The notes: generated by a model from the sequence alone, not told the origin. Shown: positions 39,801 to 53,883, counted from the first letter of the stretch. The stretch: DNA of 64,000 nucleotides from Octopus vulgaris (GCA_951406725.2 OX597817.1:25482001-25546000); one strand, 5' to 3'. Program-made: numbers and translations.

Positions 39801-42800
39801 TACTCATTCTGAATATGTACGAAACAGATGCTTATGTAATTTCCAAAAAGAAATAAAAAATATAAGTTGAAAAAAAAACAGAATGACTTAGGAAAATAGC
39901 AAATAACTTTCAAAGAAAGGAAGGAGAAAGAAGCATTTGTAGAAAAGAGGAATGAGAGAAAGTATACAATATGCGTTAAGGTACCCTTTATTCAAATGAT
40001 GTGCTCGCTAGAGACATTGAAGTAGGTATGAATGATCTCCCGGAGTTACAAAAATAATTCCAGTCATGCATATATAGTTTTCGGGTAGTAAAAATTTTAA
40101 ACGACTTAAATCAACAATTGACCCAGAAATACAGAGGCACGTGGTTCCCTCCCTTATTAAACATACATAAACATAATATGGCTGCAAACGAAGTCAACAA
40201 CGTTGAAATATTTCCCGTAAAAACCGAAATTTGGAATTATAAAGCTCCAAAGCCAGTGGTAGAAAAAATTCAAGCAGCCCCGTCTTTATCTCTCTAATCT
40301 AAAAAAACATTCATTGTGTATATCTGGCCTTTTAATTTCTTCTCCTATCTTCATTATATGAAAAGATTATAACTTTCTGGTTTGCAAAATTCGAAAAAAT
40401 ATAGTTTCTGATTTTACAAATTTGGGAAACTTTTTAATTCGCAAAATGTCCTCATAGTTCCGTAGATAAATAAACTAAAATTGAATATTGCCCTGAAGAG
40501 CTCTATTATAATCGAAATACGCACGAGTATACGATAAAAACATCAGATTCTACTGTTACTACTAAATAAATACGAAGTAGTCTACAACTAAATTTCTTCA
40601 AATTCATAAAACAATCATGATGTGTTTGTGTGTGTATGTATTTGTGTGTATGCATGGGTGTGCACACATATACATATGATTTATACGTATACGCACGTGC
40701 ATATCTTTACCCATATAAATGTGTGGATCTGTGTGTCACTGTATACATTAAATCCTTAGACCTACACACACATACATATATATGTACATGTGTGTGTTTG
40801 TCTGCGTGTTTGTGTATCTATACGCATGCAAATATATGTATGGAGATAACAAGAGATAAGTTTGATCGGATTGATTGATATATTTCTCTAAATGTTTGTA
40901 TGTATGTGGGGTTGTAAATGTATAGAATAGGAATTTGTACTATCTCAATTTCTAAAACTAAAAGTTAGTTTTGGTGTGTGTTAGACGAGGAATTTCTGAG
41001 TGACTGAATCAGAGCATGTAAGAAGACAATATTTCATACTTGGAAACTAATTAAGAAACGAAAATTCTTACTTGAATACAAATTAGGTATTATATAAATG
41101 ATAGCTGTTCTGTTTACATGAGTAGACAGATTCAGGCTGGAATCGCAGAATTCTTTGACTGTTTCTTTGATATATACATAAGCTATACATATACATTAAT
41201 ACATGCATGTATATAGGTATGTGCAACACACATATACATTGGATGTACACATATATAAGTATATAAAATATATCATGTATATATGTAAATGATATATACA
41301 TATGTATGTATATGTAAATTTACACACAAGTATGTGGGTAATGTACGTATGTATATATGTCTGTATGTATATATATATATGTATAGATGTATATAAAGAA
41401 AAAGAAAGTGTGAAAGAGAGAGTGGGACAGACACGCAGACACTGCACCAAGACGAAACAGATATTTTGTACAGAATTTAATGGGTATAATATATTGGAGC
41501 AAAGTCATCAGTGAATTACCGGTTGCTCCTCGATAACCAGTCACTGAGTTTTCAGAACGATATCAGATAGATGAACAAATTATCTGCATCACATAACATC
41601 ATGCCTTTTCTTTCTCTCTTTTTCTCACCTTCGCTTTTCATCTGTCTTCTCTCTCGCTCTGTCTCTATTTCTCTATCTCTCTCTCTGTGTCTATCTATCT
41701 ATCTTTATATTTCTGCTCTCCCACAACTTTCGCTTTCGAATCATCTTGCTTAGGAAATTACTAGGTTACAGAAAGTTTCACAAAGTTTTGAAGCAAAATT
41801 TAATGAATGTGGTCGAAGTGATTGCAGTCATCTATAAGTAACATTTCAAACTTAGAAGGCATTACTTTTTCATTGACAAGACAAATTGGCAAGTGTTACT
41901 TGTATTTGAGTCGAGTTTTCTTTTTACTTCCTTGCAGGTTCGAGAAATATTTCAGTTCGCAGAAAAATGATTAAAAGTAAAAAAAAAAAAAAGATTTGAT
42001 CGGAAATCCTTTTTCTTGAAGATTTCAATCTGATTTTAAAATATACAATAGAAGTGATGTATTCAATATCTTATTCTTATATTCAAGTATAGTGATATTT
42101 ACACATGCATAGGAATTACAAGGAATTTGCACGAGTGGAAGGAAATATGAACGCACGCATATGCTATAACTTTTTTCTATACATTTTACTCACATACACA
42201 CGTATATATGTACATATGAATACTCACATATTTTGTCACTGCTTTAGTTTAAATTCACTGCCGCTTTTATACTATGTTGAAATATAGGAATTCATAACGA
42301 AATATCTATTATGTTTCCTATAAAATCTGTATCTGTATGTTGTATACATTTTCATAAATTCTTACCTATTTAATTTCATATACAGAAAACTGTCTTTAAT
42401 AAGCATTTGACCTTTCCTTTTCCCAAGGCTTATAATGCATTGAACAAAGTGTACAAATTTTTTAAATCCTGTGTTACAACCATAAAATAGATCACTGGAA
42501 GTTATGTTCGAATACAAACAGCCTGATTTCTAATTCAAATGCATTAAAAGGATTTTGTTTTTTATTTGTGAAGTATAGTTAATTAAAGTTTTATTTTTAT
42601 TCAAAATAACCCCTGAAAATATTGCTTTTTAACAGCGGGAGATTGGCACGAATTTGGGGAGATAGTAAAATCTAATAAATCAACCCTAGTACTTGACAGG
42701 CACATTATTTTTTGCCTCCATTTGAAAGTAGTAAAATTTACTTCATTGAGATTTGAACTGATAAATTGCTTGTGCAGAAGAAGATCTATCAATCACCAAC

Positions 42801-43111
42801 TTCATGCTGTAAATCTGAAGCTAAACACGTCTTTAAAACTGTCTCATAGCTCTGACAGTTTAAACTTACAAAAAAAAAAAAACGCAGCTGTCCCATCTAT
42901 GATACCGCACGCGAATGAAAGAGCTCTATATGGAAAAATAATTTCAAATAACATCATCCAATCTAGAAAAAAAAAGAGAATTTATTTGATGTCTTCTATG
43001 ACCTTGTTTGTTTCCTCAAAACCATTTTAAAATGTAAGGAAAGGGGAATGGCAATCAACAAGCATCGAAATATGGTGAAAGCGCTTGATCAAGAAAAGCA
43101 CATTTGATATA

Positions 43112-43633
43112 CCGTAATCCATCGCCATATCGCGGTTCACCTACTGTGCCCTCAGTACATCGCGATTCACCTATCGCGCACTCAGTACATCGCGGATTTT
43201 TCTGGCTAATATATGCAAATTTATATCGCGGACTCCCCAATATACTACGGGTTTCTGCGGTCGATAGGTATTTATGTTTTTAGATTTTAATTATTTCTGA
43301 GGGGAAATAAGCATTTTCACGCCTAAAAGTTTTTTAAAAATTAATAAATTATAATTGAGTACAATACTGCACTGTATAACACTTTAATTAAAATATATCA
43401 AAAGAAAATAAGTAGTGTACCGTAGATGAATAGACAAAGAATCGCACATACTAGATGGAAAACGAAACTCGGGAGTCGAGTATGTGGTATTGTTTTGAAT
43501 TCATAATAAAATATATACAAATTATAAAAATAATAAAAAATATATACACTACAGTACTGTCTCTTCTTCGCGGATTTTCACCTACCGCGGGATGCTTTGG
43601 AACGTAACACCCGCAATTGTAGAGAGATCATTG
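43112..43633. mobile_element. Tigger/pogo-like MITE
   Basis: TA flanks; degenerate TIRs CCGTAATCCATCGCCATATCGCGG and CCGCAATTGTAGAGAGATCATTG; subterminal TCGCGG/TTCACCTA repeats at both ends. Confidence 0.75.
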
Positions 43634-44902
43634 TACAGCCAATTATATTGCACTAATTCAACTTGTTTTACAATGCGCCTAGTGAAATCGCTGCAATTGG
43701 CATAAAGTGGTCTCTGTTCTGGAAATAAATTTAACATTCTTTTAAAGCTACGAACGCTCATACACATCTATGTATTTGTATGTTAAATGCATAAACACTT
43801 GATTTTCATACTTTAATATTTCTAAGAATATCAAACATAATTGCCTACATTGGAAAATATGGAATAACTTTCTACGCTTTACATTTCTTTAGTCAGTTCA
43901 GTGTACACAACATCACTTGTAAGGTTGCAAAATCTTTTCTTTTTTTTCTTGTCTTAGGTTTAATAATATGATACATTTTCTCTCAATTCAAATTTCTAAA
44001 CATACATTTTGAATATCTTTCATTACAGATATCCCCTACACTGTTGCATCATAGATACTTAGGTTCCGATTCTCTGTCGTACCACGACAGTTTATATCAT
44101 GAAGTTATGTTTTACTACTATTAAATCTGAAATTAGTGACTTCTTATTCACCATTAACAAAACATACATTTAGTCATTTTCCAGTTTCTTAATTTCGAAG
44201 TATACGTTCGCATTCCTTTGTTACTGCTAAATATCCCTCAACCGAATCCATTCGCAAAGTGCCAACATGTATCCAAATTGCAAGGCACTTCTCGTGATGG
44301 TCCACTTCTCTTTCACTGCACAGCTAATCTTGAATGACTTCAATTCAAATTGCAACTTAAAACATCTGTTACGGCAAGCACTAAAAGCCTTATTGATTCT
44401 TTTCAGCGGTTTTTTTCAATAGGCAAACCTAAGTCCCACAATAAACATTCTGATATGTCTTACTTCTTCCTCACCAGAACGTCTGTCTTTGAAATTTCAA
44501 ACCTACTGATGATGATTTTTTTTCCTGCAGCCATCAACTCTGAATTACCCAAAACTAACGTTAACTATCTTGCCCACACGACTCTTAGAAAGTTTACAAT
44601 GACAATGAGTGCATCTCCTTTCCTTTAATTATTTTGGAGTCAAGAGAGAAGTTGGAATCCATGATCCTCGTACAGGGCTTCCAAGACTAGTGGGAGGAAG
44701 GAAAATATTTTTCAAACCGGATATCTAACCCCAATACTTGTAACAAAATGAACTCTGCTAACAGGAAGTAAGATGTCTGCTGACGATGTTACACCAAGCT
44801 ACGAGTTGTGTTCACAACCAAATTAAGTCTTTCAATTCAGAACGCGGAACCTACACAAATACAGTAGATCATCCAGTCTAATTCAATTTAGAGCCAATGC
44901 AC

Positions 44903-45115
44903 CAAAGGTGGGCACCGTTAATCGAAAAGTTATCTTCGATAACCGTTAATCAGTTAATTCTTTAAAAGTGTAACGGAAGTTATCGATAAGCCGTTAACGT
45001 TAATTTTTATTAAAGAAAAATATCAGTTTTTGTTCTAAAACCACCAAAACTATAAAACTATAAAAGTACCAAAACTATAAAATCAGCCGTTTTGTCCTTT
45101 TAAGGGCTTTAAAAC
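44903..45115. mobile_element. hAT-like transposon end fragment
   Basis: CAAAGGTGGGCACCGTTAATCG start with repeated CCGTTAA/GTTAAC subterminal motifs; partner end not found. Confidence 0.4.
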
Positions 45116-46925
45116 TCAAAACTATATATATAACCATATCACACACTCTCTGACCACGTCAATCAGTTTATCTGCTCATTTTTGACAGAAGTAAGCCTAC
45201 AGCACCTTACCATCATTGCTACCTATCCAGAAGAGAGTGCATCTTTGTATTTTGCACCTAACGTGTTTGCCGAAAGCTCCCATTCCATTTTATACGTTGC
45301 CGTGTGTGTTATTGTTTGCGATGCATATATGTGAAACATGGAAATTGTTTTGTTGAATGTATGTCTTACATTTGTGCATATTTATGTCAATATTGCACAC
45401 AGATGTGTTAGATATGCAGTAAGTTTTGGCCTAAATTCTAAACCGGAATCAGTCATTGCATTCGTAAAACTTGTGATAAGCAACTGAACACGAAATTGAT
45501 TTATACTGTTAGCACAATGCTAACCAGTAAATCGTTTGGAATGCACGTCAAATCGACTATTGACGTCAAAATTAAACTACCCAATCAACGTTGTTGATTG
45601 TGATCCAGTCAGCCTTAATATAAGTTTCTTCACCAAGTCAGCAAAGCAAGTAACGGAAACGTTTGTAGTCAAACGTTGACGCTGATCGATATTCGATATT
45701 CAGCTATTTATATTGACAAACATGTCACCAATAAAGTGCTGCAACATGCGAACTTATTCAAAACCACTAATTATATCAGTTCATACTCAACACATTTTCA
45801 GTAACATTTTCCTCTGTGCAAGCTCATCTGTACCAACAAATATTTAATTGTAGTTAGTACTGTTTGCTACCATTTCACGAAATAATCTTTCTCTATTACT
45901 CTTGCTTTTTACTATTGGGCCATCGTGTCCGTTATTCATATTTTAGTAAAGAATAAATCCTTACATTTTTTTTTTTTCAAAACTACGACTTCCTTCTGCC
46001 ATTTTCTATTCATTTCTTCGTTAAAATGTATATGAAATATATATTTCAAAGAGTGTATTTTCAGCAAAATTGATTTAGTTATTCCACAACAGTATTGACA
46101 GGAAACTATCATAAATTCTATGTATATGATATGATGCGTACGAGTACGTGATTACAGTGGACAACGTTTCATATAGCATAGACCGGTGATTAGATACATC
46201 GGAAAAGTGATAAACCAATCCAGAGAAAAATGGCAATCTAAAATCTAAAGAGGCAAGCTATGAAAGTTGAAAATACTTCTGCTAGACATGTTCCAAGATG
46301 TATTGGATGATATACATATCAAGTAGGAGGTGACAAAGATCTATAACTTAGAAGGTAATTGAAAGTGTCAATGTAACAGTCGGCTGCACGTAAGTGGTCA
46401 AGTGACAGAATGATCTGGTAAATAGATTCATAAAAACTAAATGGCGTACCTGGAAATACTGGAAACAAGGAAAATTTTCGCCAAAAAGGGAAAGCCAAAA
46501 GAAGGTCTGACAACGGAAACCATATTTATATGGGTGGAAATACAATTAAAACTATGAAGGCATGGTAGGCATCAATAATAACTACTGATATGCTGAAAAT
46601 ATCTGAAAAAGTTGGGTACACTCGAGTCACACATATAATGAGTCAAAAAGTATAAGAACGAGTCATTCCCAGTGACTGACATAACAATGAGCTCGTCAAA
46701 TGCTATAATGAGGAAGAAGATGCTATAGAAAATTAACTAGGAAGGCTACAAACTAATTGACAAAGTTATAAATATAACAGGAAAAATTATAATAGCTCCT
46801 TACATAGAACATTAACTTAGTTGACGAGCAGCTTCTTAGTGAGTCAACTAAAAGCAAAATTCTAAGCCCTTATGCCTAGCAATTTCTAACCTGGAGAGAA
46901 CGTTCAACTGTTCTATGTACTAGAT

Positions 46926-47028
46926 CAGTGATTCCCAAGCTGGGGTCCGTGGACCCTTGGTGGTATGCAAGGGTAGTACTGACGGTCCATGAAATAAATT
47001 CAAAATTACACACACACATATGTATGTA

Positions 47029-47099
<71 letters not shown>

Positions 47100-47399
47100 C
47101 TGAGCGTCCAATAACACTATACTTGTTCCACGTCCTCGCGCTGTTGTGTTTTCTGTTTGTGTTTTCATGTTTGGATTAACTTTATATATATATATATACA
47201 CATACATACATACATACATACATACATACATACATACATACATACATACATACATACATACATACATACATACATGCGTACGTACATACATACATACATA
47301 AGGATAAGCATATTAAAAGGAGTCCGTGGGAAAATTCATTTAAATAAAAGGGTTATGAAACATTGTGGGGAACCGCTGTGAAGAAGTTAGGAAACACTG
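46926..47399. mobile_element. hAT (Charlie-like) MITE interrupted by microsatellite and a family D fragment
   Basis: TIRs CAGTGATTCCCAAGCT and AGTTAGGAAACACTG; 8-bp TSD TACTAGAT/TATTAGAT. Confidence 0.78.
47100..47180 (+). mobile_element. Family D 3' fragment between TA tracts
   Basis: CTGAGCGTCCAATAACACTATACTTGTTCCACGTCCTCGCG...GGATTAAC. Confidence 0.8.
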
Positions 47400-48398
47400 T
47401 ATTAGATTCTGGAAGACTATCATACAATACATGGTTTCTGAGAGCTGAGCAAGTTACTTATGTGATAATGCTTGCAAGATGTGAGTTATAACGTTTTAAG
47501 TGAGAAATTTAGCTTGTAAATAGGTGTCCATCTGGGCTATGTAAATGTTTTAGATAAAGTTACGGCTTTAAATCTGTCCAGAGTTGCCTCCCTTCGGTAT
47601 TTCCTATTGATATCGGTTAAAGATCTAGAAACACTGTGTCTGGGAATCCGAAAGACGGTAGCACTGGACAGATATGGTGTTTTTACACATTTTGCCGTAA
47701 AAGTTTTTTTCTCCACTGTAACTGCAGTCGATTTACCTTTAGAAGTTGAAATATGTCAAACATTTTAATTAACATCAAATTCGCATATATATATTTGTGC
47801 GGGGCGTATGTGTGTGGGCTGGGCATGTGTGTGTGCATTTTTGTGTATGTGTGTATGCAGGTGTGCGTGTGTGTATGTGTGTATTGATGAAGTGAGTGAG
47901 TGAAGGGGTAATAATAATATTGGTGATTACGTCATCAGCATATCGTGTAGAATTCTTGTTACCGTAGGAACCCAATAACGACGGATAAAGATTATAAAGA
48001 GATTAACAGGTATATTTATAATTCGTAACTTCAAAGTAAGAGCCAGTAGCTTAATATAAACCCCGTGAAGTTAATAATGATAAAAATTTCAATAAGGACA
48101 GATGTCAAGTCGACAAGACAATCATTTCCGCAAACGAACGATTGTATCTATTTCATAATTCATACATTTTTATGCAATACATTCAATGTGTAGAAATATG
48201 TAATAAAAATTTCGTAGTTCATTCACTTCCTCAGACATCTTGATTTTTAATGCATTACATAACATTGTATGAGATATGAAATAAAACAAAAACCTTCGGT
48301 CACGGAAACGATCGTAACGTCGATAATACTTATTTCCCCATTAAATTATTACAACAATAATAATAATAATAGTAATAATAATAATAATAATAATAATG

Positions 48399-48485
<87 letters not shown>

Positions 48486-48822
48486 GAGTGAAAGAGCAGT
48501 TCATGCCATCAAAGTAACACTGGGGTAAAATATACGAAGCCCAATATACCCATCATGACTACCCGTCTGATAAGGGTACAGCAGGCACATGCATCACAAC
48601 CATATGTGCGCAACATGGTGATCTCATATCAAGATAAACAGCACATGACCTTGCAGGTGAGGCCCAGTTAGAATTTTCTTCAGGTTGAGTAGCCCATCCC
48701 GCTCAAAAGATCCCTGAATAAGGGTTGTTTAAGGATGTTGAAAGAACCACCCATGTATCCAGAGGTGAATTATTCAAACCCCAAAGAATCCCTCTCAACA
48801 CATGGCTATGATGCTCCCCCAC
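48486..48822 (-). mobile_element. 337-bp (TAA)n-embedded element, copy 1
   Basis: Same length and ends as 48954-49290; (TTA)n on both sides; strand inferred from the (TAA)n tail. Confidence 0.8.
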
Positions 48823-48893
48823 TTATTATTATTATTATTATTATTACTATTATTAATATCATTATTATTATTATTATCATTATTATTATTATA

Positions 48894-48953
<60 letters not shown>

Positions 48954-49290
48954 GAGTGAGAGAGCAGTGCATGCCATCAAAGTGACACTGGGGTAAAATA
49001 TACGAAGCCCAATATACCCATCATGACTACCCGTCTGATAAGGGTACACCAGGCACATACATCACAACCATATGTGCGCAACATGGTGATCTCATATCAA
49101 GATAAACAGCACATGACCTTGCAGGTGGGGCCCAGTTAGAATTTTCTTCAGGTTGAGTAGCCCATCCTGCTCAATAGGTCCCTGATTAAGGGTTGTTTAA
49201 GGATGTTGAAAGAACCACCCATGTTTCCAGAGGTGAATTATTCAAACCCCAAAGAATCCCTCTCAACACATGGCTATGATGCTCCCCCAC
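48954..49290 (-). mobile_element. 337-bp (TAA)n-embedded element, copy 2
   Basis: About 11 substitutions from copy 1 by eye. Confidence 0.8.
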
Positions 49291-49370
<80 letters not shown>

Positions 49371-49699
49371 TAGTCTTCTTTTTTATCACACGCTTTCACT
49401 GCACTACCGAACGCAGCTCTTTGTGCCTTGGTTATTATCATTATTGTTATTTTTCTTATCATCATCATTATTTTGTTTTAGTTTTACTTTTTATTTTATT
49501 TGCATTTTTTGTCGAATTTCTTCCAACTCCTGGGGCAAAGAAACTCACAGTATACGTTGATATGCCATTAAGATAAGCACAACAGATTGTTCATATACAA
49601 AATCAAATGAAGTTATGTTTTTAAAAATCAACATGTGTAGTAATCGTGCTCACAGTGACAACGTTCTTCTCAATACGTGTGACATACCAGTTAAAGCAA

Positions 49700-50995
49700 T
49701 CTTTTGCTCTTCTTAGATGGAGGGCAAGCCAGATATCATGGTGAAATAACTTTCATTTCTTTTTTTTTATCATTCCAATTGCTCTTACAATCACTTATAT
49801 CTTAACTTCCTTGACATATCACATGATTTTGATTTCAATGAGCCAGTCCTTATTTTCTGAGCTTGTCAAATTCTTTTGCCAAAATATTATGATCGCAAGG
49901 AATACTCAAGCCAATCAACAAGCAAATTTTATTGATGTGATCTTTCACAACAATATCCGGTTTATTAGCTTTTTAATTGTTCTGTATGTATGTCCTGGAA
50001 AGTCCTAAAGAATCGTAACAATTTTTTACTCAGTTACAGCCTTTTTTACTCAGTTGCAATTTCATTAACCAGCATACATATTGGCCCAACACTGTCATAT
50101 CTTGATTTATACTCCTCTGGGGCTACAAATATACAGCCAGAGACTATGCAATCCATTGATTCAATTTCAACATTGTAGAATTGGCACCCTGGGTTTACTC
50201 CACTTTTCATCGCATTGGCTAGGCAGTTCCAGCTCTATAAGCTTTGATCTTGAACAGAAGATGAAGCCTTCACTCTTTGCTTTTAGCTCTGAACTCTGTG
50301 GCCACTGATGGATATTCTTCTCGTCAACATCTGCTTGTTTGCTAATGGTCACATATTTGTCATGCAACGGTTTCTGCTCTCACCTACTAGCTAATTGTTC
50401 ATGCACTTTTTCTTTGCCATTAATTTTACCTTCGCAATAACAGTTGCTGTATTTCCCTCAAGCTGTTCAGCTTTTGTTTCTGGCATGAAATCAGATTAGA
50501 AAATTGTAGTACTCCTTCAAGACAGAATGAATATTCTTATGCATTTAGTGATATTCAAAGAGCTTTAGCATCCAGTTGTTAGTTGTTTCAAGATATTTGG
50601 CCAGTCCAATTGGAAAGGTTTTGTACGAAAGTTCAAACTGGACCAAGACTCGACCTCCTTGGGCTCTGGGAAGGTAAAGACGATCCACGTCTGCTCTGGG
50701 TGACGTATCTTATTACAAACCAAATGTTTAATTATTTTTCGGTCAATTTATTTTCTATTTCACAGATATTTCAGTTTTTACACATTGAAGCTACAAGTAA
50801 CAACTGAAACTGCTAAGAAATTTATGTCTAACAACTCGTTATGTGAATCTAGCTCAGATTTCAGTATTGCTCGAATTCTCCCATAACATTCCTTCCTGGT
50901 CTTCTGTCATGCTTGCAAGCTGGATGCCAGAGCCATAATTTTTTCTAGGTATTTATAAGTTTCTATAACTGTGTCAAAATTCTCTAATCCTTCTG
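49700..50995 (-). mobile_element. Decayed R4/Dong-clade LINE
   Basis: In order on the minus strand: ETYKYL, PRADVDRLYLPRAQGGRVLVQ, HDKY..SKQADVD..HQWPQSSELKAKSEGFI. Confidence 0.8.
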
Positions 50996-51049
50996 ACAGG
51001 TATTCAGAGAAAATCCAGGCCAGCTTATGAGTCGATCAAATCCAAGATG

Positions 51050-51262
51050 AGACGAAATTGCCTAATTTATGTGGATGACCTAAAAAATATATACAAAAAA
51101 TGAGATCTGGATTCTTTTATCCAAGTAGCGAGAATATTCAGTAAATATATTGTTTGGGAATGCTGCTTGGGAGAAACAAGTGCACTACACTAATTATGAA
51201 GAGAAGCCGAAAGGTAAATTCTAGTGGCATAAAATTGCAACACAACATTTGATAACATCTTT
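51050..51262 (+). mobile_element. R4/Dong-type RT fragment, inverted relative to its neighbour
   Basis: NCLIYVDDLK..LDSFIQVARIFSKYI..KCTTLIMKR..SSGIKL. Confidence 0.7.
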
Positions 51263-51521
51263 ATTCATGTCTCTGTATAGACTTTCAATACAAACAAATT
51301 TCCTCTCCACGAAGCTTCCCACACTCATTCCATTCCTTGCACATACATTTTCATTTAAACGTTACTATTTAAACCCAATGTAATGCATTCATCTAGAAAT
51401 GCATTCAACTGGATATCTATTTTTAATGACCGAAACTTACAGTGGTCCAAACGAACATGCGCACATACGTATTCGTACACATAAAATTATAAAGAATTAA
51501 GAAATTTCCCACTCGACACTG

Positions 51522-51904
51522 GGAAGCACTCCGTCGGTTACGACGATGAGGGTTCCGGTTGATCCGAATCAACGGAACAGTCTGCTCGTGAAATTAACGT
51601 GTAAGTGGCTGAGCACTCCACAGACACATGTAACCTTAACGTAGTTCTTGGGGATATTCAGCGTGACACAGAGAGTGACAAGGCCGGCCCTTTGAAATAC
51701 AAGTACAACAGAAACAGGAAGTAAGAGTGAGAGAAAGTTGTGGTGAAAGAGTACAGCAGGGATCACCACCATCCCCTGCTGGAGCCTCGTTGAGGTTTTA
51801 GGTGTTTTCGCTCAATAAACACTCACAACGCCTGGTCTGGGAATCGAAACCGCGATCCTACGACCGCGAGTCCGCTGCTCTAACCACTGGACCATTGCGC
51901 CTCC
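51522..51904 (-). mobile_element. SINE type A1, full length
   Basis: 12-bp TSD CCACTCGACACT at 51509-51520 and 51909-51920. Confidence 0.92.
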
Positions 51905-53339
51905 ACAACCACTCGACACTACGCACAAACCAAACACCTCTATGGCAAAAACAGTATCTATAAATGCAAAATCTATCTCAAGTTAATTTTTTCATCTGGA
52001 ATGAAAATTTAAGGCTGAGAATTATAATGCTGATCACTAAAACCCTGAATACAGAACTATTCAAATTATCTCATCACCAGCTTCATTAAGTCGTAGTGGT
52101 CATCATTTTATGCTCATTTTTCCCTTATGGCATGGATCAGATAAAACATCATTGATTGACATTTTACTGTGGATACACTTCCTTTTACCACTGCTCGTTT
52201 CTCATGTAAGGTATATTTGTTTCCACAGACCGCCGCCTGTTTGTTGATGTATGGCAGATTTTTTCATTGATGAAAGTATCCTCATTTTTTGCTTAGACAT
52301 GTACTAATGATGACGTAATTAATAGGCATTTATGCAGGTGCGTCTACACACACAATCACACACAATATTTTCCCATATATACTTGTATTCATGTATGGGT
52401 GTGTGTGCATGCCCGTTTGCATGTATATATTCGTATATACATATACATATCTATACATGCATGTATACAGAAATTCACAAATATATGCGATGTGCACGCA
52501 CACACACATGCACATACCTGCACATTCACACATGGGCTTATAATATGCTTGACAAATGGATCTTAAATGCATATGTAAGACCATCACTCTTAGAAATCCT
52601 TAGGTGTTTCATTCTGTCCATTAAACACACACACTCACATACAGAACTATATATATTTGTATATATGTGACCCATCAAACATGGGTACATATGCACATAT
52701 ATACAAATACATGATTATATACACTAAAATAAATATGGCCATGCACACATGCCAAGAAAGCTAATTTCATAAAGTCACACATTTCATTATAACACTCTTG
52801 AATGATTATAAGAGTATGAAGTGTTACATACTTGAATCATTGCCTCTGGGTTTGATCCTTTCTTTAGATAGAGCTTTGTTCTCTTACTGTTTCAAGGATA
52901 ACATAATAGAAATCCATAAGGATCTTATCGGCTTATTTTGCTGGAAGTCACATTTCTATGTCAGCTGTGATGTTTATTGGAAAAAATTTTGCTGTTATCT
53001 TTAAAGGTATGCCTTGTAGGAAGGAAACATATTTCAGGCTGTTAGTACTCTATGCCTATGTGTGTGCGTGTGCATGTAAGCTCATGTGTATTTTATGTAT
53101 ATGGTATATAGCCTATTATACTCCCCTCGACACACACACGCACACATACATGTATGTGTGAAATTATGCAAAAATATAGCCATGCAGTCATAAATGTATT
53201 CCTCACGTTGTGTAGCTTTGCATATGCATCCATCTTTCGTTTTCTTCTCTCTCTCTCTCTCAATCTCTTTCTGATTATCAGTACATATATCTCACGATCT
53301 CTCTCTCTCTCTCTTTCACTATATATTTACATATATTAA

Positions 53340-53833
53340 ATAATAAGGGTAGAAATTGATATTAATCAATTAAAACCAGTGGCTTAGCATATTTAAAAAA
53401 ACAACGAATATTACAAATTGTGTTACATACAAAATTAAGAGGAATGACCGCTAAGATGAACACCTAATAAGCTAAACATAGACGTCAATTCACCATTACC
53501 ACGAAGAATGTGTTCTCAAAATATAAAAAATATCAGCAAAACGCCAAAATGTAAAAATGAGCAAGACTTGGAAATTGTGTTTTGTAAGCGACAGACTACG
53601 CTGACGATCTTGCAGATATCTGCGTGTTTGCATGCGTAGATATTAACAAGCGAAACCATTGGTAGTAGGTAATCGTTTTTTATTTGGTATATTTTCATTT
53701 GTCTTGCTCCTTTTTACATTTTGGCATTTTGGTGAGATTTTTCTTGAGAACACTTTCTTCGTGGTAATGGCGATTTGACGTCTATGTTTAGCATATTAGG
53801 TGTCCACTTTAGTGGTCATTCCTCTTAATTTTG

Positions 53834-53836
<3 letters not shown>
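53340..53836. mobile_element. Tail plus ~140-bp inverted arms enclosing a hammerhead motif
   Basis: Arms ~53427-53567 and 53701-53836; TA repeats on both sides. Confidence 0.8.
53596..53668 (+). ncRNA. Type I hammerhead ribozyme candidate with extended helix II
   Basis: CTAC-G-CTGACGA-T-CTTG...CAAG-C-GAAA-CCA-T-TGG-TA-GTAG: intact core boxes, helix III CCA/TGG, GUA cleavage triplet, helix I CTAC/GTAG. Confidence 0.7.

Positions 53837-53883
<47 letters not shown>

Noticed and set aside
40490-40530. Hammerhead-like CTGAAGAG...GAAA
   Set aside because: Helices I and III cannot be formed convincingly
44040-46850. Possible L1/Tx1 endonuclease relic (44.0-44.9 kb) and integrase relic (46.2-46.8 kb)
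   Set aside because: Motifs too decayed to call without alignment
48352-49370. CRISPR-like repeat-spacer pattern
   Set aside because: Long units are near-identical, separators are (TTA)n, context is eukaryotic and there are no cas genes
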